64,000 nt of DNA, taken from NCBI GenBank assembly GCA_028714635.1, contig JAQTLZ010000004.1, positions 32,354 through 96,353 of the forward strand, read 5' to 3'. This stretch comes from Minisyncoccota bacterium. GTDB lineage: Bacteria; Patescibacteriota; Minisyncoccia; Phycocordibacterales; JAQTLZ01. Shown here piece after piece: positions 1 to 8,628 of this stretch. Below the pieces are notes generated by a model, which saw only the letters and a program-made list of their open reading frames with translations, was not told the origin of the DNA and searched no databases. The number at the start of each line of letters is the position of its first letter. Position 1 is the first letter of the stretch. The translations under genes and the position numbers were made by a program.

Positions 1-252
1 TGCTGTAATTTTTTTCAATTCATCCAAACTGCGGGCTTTAAATTGAATAAGTACCGCATTTTCTGCTTTTGTTTTCTCTCCATCTTTTCGTGTGCCATTT
101 CTTTCTATACCAATATTGGTCGAACCAGCTTTAAAAGCGTGGAAATTTTTCTCCAATCTTTCAGGTATTTCTTGGAGGCCAAGAACATCTCGATAAAAAG
201 CTATCGATTCATCGAAATTGGAGGCAAAAATACAAATGTAGGCTATTTCCAT
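1..252 (-). CDS. VOC/glyoxalase-family protein, partial. The start codon is at 252 and the ORF runs off the 5' edge of the window.
   Basis: My minus-strand translation gives MEIAYICIFASNFDESIAFYRDVLGLQEIPERLEKNFHAFKAGSTNIGIE..., which is typical of the glyoxalase/bleomycin-resistance fold. It is absent from the ORF track because it is open-ended. Confidence 0.5.
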   Translation of the reverse strand, partial: MEIAYICIFASNFDESIAFYRDVLGLQEIPERLEKNFHAFKAGSTNIGIERNGTRKDGEKTKAENAVLIQFKARSLDELKKITA

Positions 253-273
253 AGAGATTCGTAATTTTGAATT

Positions 274-1026
274 TTAAGCACCACCACAACCATGTGATGA
301 ATTAGATACGCCCCAACTTTCTCCGGTACGTAAATTAGTCGCCCCATATATTTTTCCTCTTTCATCCCCCGGCGGGCAGTCCGTAGGTATAGAAAACAAA
401 CAGAGATTTACTTTGTCTCCCGGTTTTGAATCGTCGATTCCTTTTATAGTAACATTAGAGACCTGTACTGCACCATTTGTGTAAGTTATTGCACTACCAC
501 TGTCTGGTATCCCCAGTCTTGTTAAGACATTTAAAACCGTCAGGTTGAAGCATTCGCCAATTGTCTCTGGGTATGTCGCGAACTTAATACTCGATTCTAT
601 GGTGTTGAGTAAGAATTGATCGCTTTTGTCGCTTCCGTCTATTTGAATGAGAAAGGCAAGATTTTTCACAATTTTCGTGAACTCACTCTCTCCTTCTCTC
701 ATCGCGCCGTAAATATCAGGCGTGTCTTTTTTCGTATAAACTCTTATAGTCACTTTATCCAACTCACTCGTTTCTTTTCCTGTTGAAGCGATAAGGCTAA
801 GACGTGCAGCAATAAAACCGCCCCCATTTTCTGGTTCTATTTTTGCATATGACGGATAATCAAATTGAAATCCGAATTCTGTATTCGTGTATGTTTTTAC
901 AGAGGTCGTCTCGGTGGGAGTTGGAGTTGATTGAACCTCGGTAATAATTGGGTGATTTTTTCGGTAAACATAGACGCCAGTGCCTATTAGAAGCAAAGCA
1001 ATAATGAGAAGTATGACGTTTTTCAT
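274..1026 (-). CDS. Hypothetical secreted or membrane-anchored protein.
   Basis: 250-aa ORF. The N-terminus has a hydrophobic signal/TM segment (MKNVILLIIALLLIGTGVYVY). I recognise no catalytic motif. Confidence 0.55.
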   Translation of the reverse strand: MKNVILLIIALLLIGTGVYVYRKNHPIITEVQSTPTPTETTSVKTYTNTEFGFQFDYPSYAKIEPENGGGFIAARLSLIASTGKETSELDKVTIRVYTKKDTPDIYGAMREGESEFTKIVKNLAFLIQIDGSDKSDQFLLNTIESSIKFATYPETIGECFNLTVLNVLTRLGIPDSGSAITYTNGAVQVSNVTIKGIDDSKPGDKVNLCLFSIPTDCPPGDERGKIYGATNLRTGESWGVSNSSHGCGGA

Positions 1027-1059
1027 ATGGTTACTCTAACAAATTGTATAGAAACAAGA

Positions 1060-1092
1060 AACCCGCCTCCAATGGGTTCTTGGAAAGCGGGT
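1060..1092 (-). terminator. Hairpin downstream of dapB (aacccgc...gcgggtt) followed by a T-rich run on the minus strand.
   Basis: Inverted repeat read directly from the sequence. Confidence 0.4.
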
Positions 1093-1116
1093 TATAGGTT
1101 CGACAGAACTTGTTGA

Positions 1117-1935
1117 TTATTCGAGTCCGAGCACCTGCGCCATCGTGTACATGCCGGGATCCTTGCCGACGATCCATTTCGCGGCGCGGAGTGCTCCTCG
1201 GGCAAACGTATCGCGACTGGACGCCTTGTGTGTCAGCTCGATTCGTTCGCCGCCGATGGCGAAGTAGACAGTGTGTTCACCGACGACGTCGGCCATGCGG
1301 ATGGCATGGATGCCGATTTCTTTCTTCGTTCGTACGCCACGATTGAAAGAAGATCGTCCGTGGACTGCGGTGTATCCTGCATTGGGTTCGAATCCTTTGA
1401 GGACGCTTTGGTACAATCTGAGGGCTGTACCGCTCGGAGCATCCTCTTTTTGGTTGTGATGTGCCTCGACGATCTCAACGTCGTAGCTATCACCCAACGC
1501 TTCGGCAGCTTGTTCAACGAGCTTGAAGAGCACATTCACGCCGACCGAGAAGTTCGGCGCGTGGATGACGGGAATGTGCTCGGCAGCACGGGCTATGCGA
1601 TCTTTCTCGTCCCCCACAACGCCTGTTGTGCCAATGATGATGGGGATTTTCAGATCGGCACAGACTTTGGCGTGGAACGATGCCGTTACGGGCTCGGTAA
1701 AATCAATAAAGACTTGCGCAGTGCTCTCATGGTGAAGGTCACTGTCCACCACCACTCCCAGGCCCTTCTCGACGCCGGCGACTTCACTCAAGTGATGGCC
1801 AACCCATTTGTGGCCCCGACGTTCAAGTGCCTCCACCAGCTTCAGTTCCGGGTCTTTCAAGGTGAGCGCGAGCAAGCACTGACCCATTCGTCCAGCAACG
1901 CCGGCAATGCAAATCCGAGTAGGATTCATGACCAT
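1117..1935 (-). CDS. dapB: 4-hydroxy-tetrahydrodipicolinate reductase.
   Basis: N-terminal Rossmann motif IAGVAGRMG, the HAPNFSxGVN motif, and EIxExHHxxKxDAPSGTA. The gene is much more GC-rich than its surroundings. Confidence 0.85.
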   Translation of the reverse strand: MVMNPTRICIAGVAGRMGQCLLALTLKDPELKLVEALERRGHKWVGHHLSEVAGVEKGLGVVVDSDLHHESTAQVFIDFTEPVTASFHAKVCADLKIPIIIGTTGVVGDEKDRIARAAEHIPVIHAPNFSVGVNVLFKLVEQAAEALGDSYDVEIVEAHHNQKEDAPSGTALRLYQSVLKGFEPNAGYTAVHGRSSFNRGVRTKKEIGIHAIRMADVVGEHTVYFAIGGERIELTHKASSRDTFARGALRAAKWIVGKDPGMYTMAQVLGLE

Positions 1936-2046
1936 TTTCCTTTCAAAATGTGTAGAAATGACTGTGTCGCACAGAGCAACACAAGACCTGTTCCGAGGGC
2001 AATATATATGAATGTGGGGACAAAATCAAACAAAAACTTCCCTTTC

Positions 2047-2825
2047 CACTGTAGCAAGGATTGTCCTTGCTACAGTGAGTTTGGTGCCGTACTGTGCTCA
2101 TTCTCCAAATAATCTTCGATAAAATCGTCCATCGAAGATTTCTGTCCGAAATAGTCGGGAAATGCTTCCCTGTTTAAAATAGATTTTTCGGATCTATCTT
2201 CTGCTATATAATCCGGATAACTTGAATACTGATAAGATTCCAAAAAGCTCTTCATCGTCTTTTTCTCGTTTGTAAGTGTATCAAGATTCTTTTTCCACTC
2301 CGGAAACTTGATATCAAGAGGATTGAGATGAATATATCCAAACATATGACGCATATATCTATCGTTTGCACCAATCAGTTTTGATTTAAATGGTCCACCA
2401 AACAATGCTCCCTGTCTCTGGTATTTAATATTAAAATACATCGAATACGCTGTGCCAAGTTTTTTCATAAACTTCGTAATTCCTCCGTCTACATCTTGCC
2501 TGACTAATATATGGAAATGATTTGAAAGAATGCACCACGCGCCGATGGAAACAATCGGCTTTTCTTTCTCAAGTTCTATGATTTCTTCATATTTTCTATG
2601 TTCATGATTTATCAGATTATCAAGTCGAATAGACTCTTCTGAGTTTGCGACAACAAGGAGCATCATAAACCGCTCATAATCGAATTTAGTTTTGAATATG
2701 ACTCGTTTATCTATTCCGCGATTATAGAGATGGTAGTATTCGTCGGTAACAAAAGGGTCATCTCGAAGCATTCTTATATTTTATCGGACGAGGACACCCG
2801 TAGCAAGGACTGTCCTTGCTACGGG
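2047..2825 (-). mobile_element. Minimal IS200/IS605-like or RAYT-type element: one HuH transposase gene bounded by two near-identical subterminal hairpins.
   Basis: Hairpins at 2047-2077 (cactgtagcaagga-ttg-tccttgctacagtg) and 2798-2825 (cccgtagcaagga-ctg-tccttgctacggg) flank ORF 2070-2771. Confidence 0.6.
2070..2771 (-). CDS. Y1 HuH transposase of the IS200/IS605 TnpA / REP-associated tyrosine transposase (RAYT) family (COG1943-like).
   Basis: Motifs YHLYNRG near the N-terminus, HuH motif NHFHILV, and the catalytic-Tyr region GYIHLNPL. Confidence 0.7.
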   Translation of the reverse strand: MLRDDPFVTDEYYHLYNRGIDKRVIFKTKFDYERFMMLLVVANSEESIRLDNLINHEHRKYEEIIELEKEKPIVSIGAWCILSNHFHILVRQDVDGGITKFMKKLGTAYSMYFNIKYQRQGALFGGPFKSKLIGANDRYMRHMFGYIHLNPLDIKFPEWKKNLDTLTNEKKTMKSFLESYQYSSYPDYIAEDRSEKSILNREAFPDYFGQKSSMDDFIEDYLENEHSTAPNSL

Positions 2826-2862
2826 TTTTATATGCAAGATTTACACATATATACTGGTAACA

Positions 2863-2895
2863 AAAAAATCGCCGACCTGGCGATTTTTTTTGTTG
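2863..2895 (-). terminator. Rho-independent (bidirectional) terminator after the rpsI operon.
   Basis: atcgccgacctggcgat stem flanked by A and T runs. Confidence 0.6.
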
Positions 2896-2900
2896 TTTGA

Positions 2901-3314
2901 TTAACGCTTACTCCATTGAGGCGACTTTCTCGCTTTCTTGAGACCGAATTTTCGTCTTTCTTTTGCTCTTGGATCTCGTTTTAGGAAGCCGAGTTTCTTC
3001 ATGTGCTTACGAAGTTCTGCATCGTGTTCTACGAGTGCTCGAGCTACTCCGTGTCGGAGTGCTTCTGCTTGGCCGGTGATTCCCCCGCCTTTCACCATTG
3101 CTGTGATTTTAAATTTGCTTGCAAGCTTCGCTTCTGTAAGAGGATTCATCACTGACATTCGAAGCTCATTAGTTCCAAAGTAGCTCTCTAGATCTTTGTT
3201 GTTTACGGTGAAAGATCCTTTTGTCGACGGAGTCATTCGAACTCGCGCAATCGCGGTCTTGCGTCGTCCCACGCATTCAATATATCGTCCTTCTTTTGTA
3301 TCTGTTGGTGTCAT
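2901..3314 (-). CDS. rpsI: 30S ribosomal protein S9.
   Basis: Conserved S9 C-terminus ...GGGITGQAEALRHGVARAL...RDPRAKERRKFGLKKARKSPQWSKR. Confidence 0.9.
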   Translation of the reverse strand: MTPTDTKEGRYIECVGRRKTAIARVRMTPSTKGSFTVNNKDLESYFGTNELRMSVMNPLTEAKLASKFKITAMVKGGGITGQAEALRHGVARALVEHDAELRKHMKKLGFLKRDPRAKERRKFGLKKARKSPQWSKR

Positions 3315-3319
3315 TTTAT

Positions 3320-3664
3320 TTATGCGGTGATAGTTAGGTTCTTCATCATTTTTCTCTGGAGCTTGTTCTTTGGAAGCATTCCGTAGACTGCATCAGAAAT
3401 GATTTCTTGGTGGCCGAGCTTTGAGACAACTTGCTTCATGCTCTTTGATTTCAAACCTCCTGGGTAGCCGGAATACTGCTTGTAGATTTTTTCTGTAAGC
3501 TTCTTTTCGGTAACAGAAACTTTTGAAGCGTTGGTGATTTCCACTTTCACTTCTGGCATCGCGTTCTTTGTGTAGCTCGCTTCGTTCTTGCCCATAAGAA
3601 GGCTCGCTGTCTTACTCGCAAGTCGTCCGAGTTTCTGATTTGTTGCGTCGATAGTATACTTCAT
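3320..3664 (-). CDS. rplM: 50S ribosomal protein L13.
   Basis: IDATNQKLGRLAS...GKN...YSGYPGG pattern, and the usual position upstream of rpsI. Confidence 0.85.
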   Translation of the reverse strand: MKYTIDATNQKLGRLASKTASLLMGKNEASYTKNAMPEVKVEITNASKVSVTEKKLTEKIYKQYSGYPGGLKSKSMKQVVSKLGHQEIISDAVYGMLPKNKLQRKMMKNLTITA

Positions 3665-3668
3665 GGTT

Positions 3669-4019
3669 TTATACGAAAGAAATTAATGCCATTCGCGCAC
3701 CGTCGCTCACTCTCTGTGGGAGCTTGACGATTCGTGTGTAGCCTCCTTTTCGGTCTTTATACTTTGGTGAAATGGTTTTGAAAAGGGTGTTCACTGCTGA
3801 CTTCATAGGAAGCTTTGCCTGTACAAGTCGGATTGCTTCACGATTGTCTACTCGAGATGCAGTCACAAGCTTCTCCATGTATGGTCGGAGTTCTTTTGCT
3901 TTTGCTTCGGTCGTAGTAATATGGCCGTGCTTGATGAGAGAGTATGCCAAAGAGCGCATGAGAGCTCGTCTCTGATCTGTTTCTCGTCCGAATTTTCTGT
4001 TTGAATTATGGTGACGCAT
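3669..4019 (-). CDS. rplQ: 50S ribosomal protein L17.
   Basis: MRHHNSNRKFGRETDQRRALMRSLA... is a classic L17 N-terminus. Confidence 0.9.
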   Translation of the reverse strand: MRHHNSNRKFGRETDQRRALMRSLAYSLIKHGHITTTEAKAKELRPYMEKLVTASRVDNREAIRLVQAKLPMKSAVNTLFKTISPKYKDRKGGYTRIVKLPQRVSDGARMALISFV

Positions 4020-4114
4020 GGGGTTAGCTTATTAGCTTCTATGCTTTTTAGCTTTTAAGTTTTGGATTTTGATTTGCATTTTCTAAGAAGCTTACAAGCT
4101 TATAAGCCAAAAAG

Positions 4115-5083
4115 CTATTTCAAAGCGATTCCGAAATTACTCAAAGCTTTCTTGATTTCCTGAACGCCCTTGTTGCCAAGACCGTCGATATCCAAGATAT
4201 CCTCTTCTTTCTTTCGTACAAGGCCTCCGACTGTTCGGATGTTTGCGCTTGCGAGAGCATTGAGAGTACGAGGAGAAAGATTCAAAGTTTCGATTCGAGT
4301 TTTGAGGAATTCTGCATCAAGCTCTTTCTTTGGCTTGCCTTCAGCTCCAGCCTCTTCTTTTGAATCAGCTTTTTCATTCTTCACTTCTTCTTCCTTGAAG
4401 CCGACGATAGCTTTCAACTGGTGAATCATGATCTCGATTGATTTCTCGAGAGCTTCTTTTGGAGTGATGGTGCCATCAGTCTGAATGAAGAGCTTGATTC
4501 GGTTGAAATCTGTTCGGTCGCCGACTCGCATATTTTCTACTTCGTAGTTTACGCGTCGGATAGGAGAGAAAATAGCATCAAGAGTGATTGCTCCGATATC
4601 TACTCGCTCTTTCATAAGAATTTCCTTTGGAATGTATCCGAGGCCCTTTTCAACCTTGAGCTCAATTTCAAGTTCGGTATTTTTTTCTGTAATGCTTGCG
4701 AGGTGAAGTTCAGGGTTCAAAATTTCAACTTGTCCGGAAGCTTTGATGTCTTCTGCAGTCACTTCCTTCGCGCCCTTTACTTTCAGGGTAAGGGTTTGAG
4801 GCTCGTTGGTGAGCATTTTGATTCGAACTCGTTTCAAATTGAGGATGATCGTAACAACATCTTCCTTCACGCCTGCGATAGTTGAAAATTCATGGCTTAC
4901 TCCGCTGATCTTCACAGAGGTGATCGCTGCGCCAGGGAGAGACGAGAGGATGATTCGGCGAAGAGAGTTGCCGATGGTGTGTCCGTATCCAGGATAAAAA
5001 CCGTCTATTTCATAGACTCCGTCGAATTCTTTTTCGGAGATGATCTTTGGCTTTGAAGGAAGAACGATTGTTGGATCAAACAT
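4115..5083 (-). CDS. rpoA: DNA-directed RNA polymerase subunit alpha.
   Basis: [28 protein letters not shown] motif plus the C-terminal domain; alpha-operon context. Confidence 0.9.
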   Translation of the reverse strand: [322 protein letters not shown]

Positions 5084-5191
5084 AGTTTTTGTGGTTAAAG
5101 TTTAAAAAAATGACTTGAAAAATATACCTTATTTTTGACAATTTTGCAAATGTGGATTGTATTGGAGGAAAGCGACCATTCCCCTACTTTG

Positions 5192-5803
5192 TTATCTGCT
5201 ATAAAATTCCAGTACCATTGCCAGATTAAACACGGTATTTATCGGCTCTGCCTTTGGCGCTCCCTGTATCGTTCCAGTCTTCTTTTCATTGTCGAATTTG
5301 ATCCATGAAGGGCAGGTGTAGGTCTTGAGTCTCTCTTCAAGCGGGCCAAAAAGAGGCTTCTTGACGCTTCGCTCTCGGATAGAGATAACATCTCCGATTT
5401 TTGTCTGTGCAGAAGGAATAGAAACTCGTTTTCCATTCAAATTGATGTGGCCGTGGTTTACCATTTGTCGTGCAGCAGCTCGTGTCGGAGCAAGTCCCAT
5501 TCGATAGACGACATTGTCGAGTCGAGATTCAAGCATTGTGTAGAGCTCTTCCGTAGGCTTTACTCCTTTCTTTGTCATTGATTCTTCGACGTATCGGCCG
5601 AATTGTCTTTCTCCCATTCCGTAGGTGAGGCGAGCTTTCTGCTTTTCGATAAGTTGAATGCCGAATTCAGAGCGCTGTTTTGGGTGCTTGTATTCCTTTC
5701 GTCCACGTCGAGCTTCTCGAATCGCAAATTTAGGATTCTGCGTCTTTTCGTAGATGGGAGCGCCGAGGCGTCGTGCTATTTTGTATCGTGGTCCAATTTT
5801 CAT
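5192..5803 (-). CDS. rpsD: 30S ribosomal protein S4.
   Basis: MKIGPRYKIARRLG N-terminus and an S4 RNA-binding domain. Confidence 0.9.
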   Translation of the reverse strand: MKIGPRYKIARRLGAPIYEKTQNPKFAIREARRGRKEYKHPKQRSEFGIQLIEKQKARLTYGMGERQFGRYVEESMTKKGVKPTEELYTMLESRLDNVVYRMGLAPTRAAARQMVNHGHINLNGKRVSIPSAQTKIGDVISIRERSVKKPLFGPLEERLKTYTCPSWIKFDNEKKTGTIQGAPKAEPINTVFNLAMVLEFYSR

Positions 5804-5815
5804 AATGGTAAAAAA

Positions 5816-6250
5816 TTATACGCGTCGAGGTTTTGGAGGCTTTGGGCCGTTATGCGGAACCGGGGTTCGGTCTGAAATTTCAAGTAAATTGATTCCTTTT
5901 GAAATAAATCCTCGGATCGCTGATTCTCGTCCAGAACCGACGCCTTTTACGACGACAGATACTTCTTTGATGCCCAAAACTGCGGCTTTTGCAGCGAGCG
6001 TTTCGCCGATCTTCGCAGCTGCGAAAGGAGTTCCCTTCTTTGCGCCCGCAAATCCGATAGAGCCAGATGAAGAAGCACAGAGAGCATTTCCTTTCTCGTC
6101 TGTGAGGAGGAGCTTGGTGTTGTTGTACGTAGATTCAACGTGGAGAATTCCCCGATCGTACTTCTTTTTTGTTGAAGCGCGCGAAGAAGCGTCTGTTTTC
6201 ACAGCACTTCCACCGGCTCCCGCTTCTGTTGTGATTCTTTTCTTTCCCAT
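5816..6250 (-). CDS. rpsK: 30S ribosomal protein S11.
   Basis: GILHVESTYNNT...SSSGSIGFAGAKKGTPFAA...ISDRTPVPHNGPKPPKPRRV. Confidence 0.9.
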   Translation of the reverse strand: MGKKRITTEAGAGGSAVKTDASSRASTKKKYDRGILHVESTYNNTKLLLTDEKGNALCASSSGSIGFAGAKKGTPFAAAKIGETLAAKAAVLGIKEVSVVVKGVGSGRESAIRGFISKGINLLEISDRTPVPHNGPKPPKPRRV

Positions 6251-6260
6251 TTAAATTATT

Positions 6261-6641
6261 TTATGTCTTTGTTTCTTTTCGTCGTCCGGTACCCATAGTC
6301 TTTCGTACATTTCCTCGTCGTGTTCGGGAATTGGTCTTTGTTCTCTGGCCTCGTGATGGAAGAGAACGGAGGTGTCGGATTCCTCGATATGCTTTGATGT
6401 CTTTCAAACGCTTAATATTTGCGCCGACTTCTCGCTTCAAATCTCCCTCGATCTTCATTTTTTCGATGATCTTTCGGATCTCGTTTTCTTCTTCAGGTTT
6501 CAAATCTTTCGCTTTTCGTCCGTGCTCGATCTTTGCTTCGTCGAGAATGCTTTGAGCTCGAGAACGTGCAATACCATAGAGGGAGGTAAGTCCGATTTCG
6601 AGTCTTTTATTATCTGGTATTGTGATTCCTACGATTCGCAT
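6261..6641 (-). CDS. rpsM: 30S ribosomal protein S13.
   Basis: MRIVGITIPDNKRLEIGLTSLYGIARSRA. Confidence 0.9.
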   Translation of the reverse strand: MRIVGITIPDNKRLEIGLTSLYGIARSRAQSILDEAKIEHGRKAKDLKPEEENEIRKIIEKMKIEGDLKREVGANIKRLKDIKAYRGIRHLRSLPSRGQRTKTNSRTRRGNVRKTMGTGRRKETKT

Positions 6642-6650
6642 GATTTTAAA

Positions 6651-6728
6651 TAGGGTTTAGGGTGAAGGGTTTAGGAGGTTCGGATGCTTGGTGTTTTTAT
6701 ACCCTCTACCCTATCCCCTTTACCCTGT
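6651..6728. repeat. G-rich arm / loop / C-rich arm inverted repeat built from GGGTNNN heptads, copy 1 of 2. It sits about 9 nt 5' of the rpsM start.
   Basis: tagggtttagggtgaagggtttagg ... accctctaccctatcccctttaccct. A homologous element lies at 16471-16569. Confidence 0.6.
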
Positions 6729-6732
6729 TTTG

Positions 6733-6849
6733 CTAGCCTTGTCGCTGTTTGTGCCGCGGGTCGCTTTTGCAAATGACATAAACATAGCCCTTTCGTCGGA
6801 CTACTTTGCATTGCGGACACATTTTTTTAACTGATGATTTTACCTTCAT
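6733..6849 (-). CDS. rpmJ: 50S ribosomal protein L36. Not in the ORF track (38 aa).
   Basis: My minus-strand translation gives [38 protein letters not shown]. It lies between infA and rpsM, as expected. Confidence 0.85.
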   Translation of the reverse strand: MKVKSSVKKMCPQCKVVRRKGYVYVICKSDPRHKQRQG

Positions 6850-6912
6850 TTAAATACAAGAAAAACAGTATGTAACTGTTTCTGCTCCGGCAAATCTACC
6901 GGACATTAAATT

Positions 6913-7131
6913 TTACAAACGTCTGATGATCCTTCCCTTTCCTCCATAGGGTTCGAGCTCAACTTCTACTTTGTCGCCGATGAGTACTCGAATTCGATTC
7001 AAGCGCATTTTGCCTGAAAGGTACGTGAGCAACTCATCTTTCCCTTCAATTTTGACCTTAAAAAGAGCATTTGGAAGTGCTTCGGTAACTATACCGAGCA
7101 CTGATTCGGGTCTCTGTTGTGGGTTCTGCAT
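6913..7131 (-). CDS. infA: Translation initiation factor IF-1.
   Basis: S1-like fold and the ...[28 protein letters not shown]-terminus. Confidence 0.9.
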   Translation of the reverse strand: MQNPQQRPESVLGIVTEALPNALFKVKIEGKDELLTYLSGKMRLNRIRVLIGDKVEVELEPYGGKGRIIRRL

Positions 7132-7221
7132 CTCCTTTTAAAACTTTGAGCTTCACAATACTAGCAAAAGAATGGGCAAAAAGTCAACACCCTAAGGGGT
7201 TTTTCGGGGGTTCGGCAAAAA

Positions 7222-8586
7222 TTAGTGCTGTTCGATAGTAATTTTTGAGGTATCGGAGGGGAAAGAACGAAGCCAGAATGGCTTGACGACTACCTCGGCT
7301 TTTTCTATTCCGTGGTATGTGGCAAGGATATTTTGGAGTTCTGCCCTTTGCTTGCCGGCAATCTCACTTACAATTTTATCTGTATCAATGACCCACTGCA
7401 TTTTTGGCTGGCCTTTCAGGTGAAATGAAAGGGTACCTGGATCGAAGGGATGTTTCGGATCAGCTTTTTTAGTTTCGTATGTGAGGTTTTCCATATTGAG
7501 AACGGCGACAGGGCCTCCATCAAAATCTTTCAAGGACTTCTCTGCAATCTGATTGCTCAAAGCTCTTTCATCGAACACGATCGCTTTCAAATTTGCGTGG
7601 ACGCCGACCTCAACTGAACCTCCCGCTGTCTGCTTGTCGGGAAGATTTGAGAAATCAGCAGCGTACGAGTTGGAAAAAAGTACAAAGCCGTCTTGTTTCT
7701 TGGTGTTCACTTGAGAAAGGAGTTCAGCAACAGCTTTTGTCTGCGCTCTTTTTATAGCATCTGTGCGATCTTTGTCGGTAATGGTATTGATCTTTCCGAT
7801 GAGTCCTCCCTGCATTGGAGTTTTTGACCTCGCGTAAAAATCTTTGTATTTTGTTGTACCTTTAAATCCTGGAACAGTGAAATCTACCAGTCCGACGTTG
7901 TATTCTTCGCCGGGAGAATCGGCATAGGCAAGGACGCTGACCGAGCCAGGAATGCTTTTCCCCGCTAAAGTGGCTTTCCCGGGGATTGTGACTGACGAAT
8001 CAATTCTAAAGATAAGGCCATCTGTTGTTTCAAGTCTTGTGTTTCGGATGAGTTTTTGCGGAGTGGTGGAGAAATTATTATAGAGGACCACTGTTCCAGA
8101 CGCTTTCTTTTTTGCATCTTGGGTACCGCTCGCTGTAACAAGTTCTTTCGAATCTTCCGATACCGCAATCGTTTTATATCCGATCCCCTTCATCTCTGGA
8201 ACTTCTTGGGCCACAAAATCGCTGTCGAGAGAGGCGTCTGCTTGCCGAGCGGTGACTTTGAGAGTTGCACTCGATGCAAAAGTAGTAATGAGAAATACCA
8301 AAAGGGCGATTCCCAAGATTCCTCCGACAACCCCGATGAGGATTTTTGGAAGCCGCTTCTTTTTTGGGTATTCGTAATAGGAATAATTCTTTTCTTTTAT
8401 CGGTACTGGTTGTTCTTCCCTTCTTGTTTCTCTTGGAGGGGCGTCAGGAATTCTTCTTTCTGTAGCTTTTTCAGCTTTTTCCCGGACAGGAGGAGGCGTG
8501 GGCGCTGGTTTTTGCCGTTTCAGAGGAATGCGCCTAATGCTTCGTTTTCCTGGCGGTATTACGTCTTGAAAAATTTCTTTTGCCAT
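7222..8586 (-). CDS. Hypothetical bitopic membrane protein: a proline-rich cytoplasmic N-terminus, one TM helix and a large extracytoplasmic domain.
   Basis: PAPTPPPVREK... followed by the TM segment ILIGVVGGILGIALLVFLITTF, then about 340 aa with no recognisable motif. Confidence 0.55.
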   Translation of the reverse strand: MAKEIFQDVIPPGKRSIRRIPLKRQKPAPTPPPVREKAEKATERRIPDAPPRETRREEQPVPIKEKNYSYYEYPKKKRLPKILIGVVGGILGIALLVFLITTFASSATLKVTARQADASLDSDFVAQEVPEMKGIGYKTIAVSEDSKELVTASGTQDAKKKASGTVVLYNNFSTTPQKLIRNTRLETTDGLIFRIDSSVTIPGKATLAGKSIPGSVSVLAYADSPGEEYNVGLVDFTVPGFKGTTKYKDFYARSKTPMQGGLIGKINTITDKDRTDAIKRAQTKAVAELLSQVNTKKQDGFVLFSNSYAADFSNLPDKQTAGGSVEVGVHANLKAIVFDERALSNQIAEKSLKDFDGGPVAVLNMENLTYETKKADPKHPFDPGTLSFHLKGQPKMQWVIDTDKIVSEIAGKQRAELQNILATYHGIEKAEVVVKPFWLRSFPSDTSKITIEQH

Positions 8587-8628
8587 ACTGTTTTGTATTA
8601 TATGCCTATTCTTTATCTTTACCTAACA

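Noticed and set aside
43-264. 73-aa plus-strand ORF at the window start.
   Set aside because: The minus strand over the same bases encodes a recognisable VOC/glyoxalase fragment. The plus-strand product is low-complexity.
1228-2112. 294-aa plus-strand ORF, plus other ORFs nested in 1110-1735.
   Set aside because: They are antisense to dapB. Long spurious ORFs are expected in GC-rich DNA, and dapB on the minus strand has clear family motifs.
5754-6254. 166-aa plus-strand ORF.
   Set aside because: It is antisense to rpsK and rpsD, which have unambiguous ribosomal-protein sequences.
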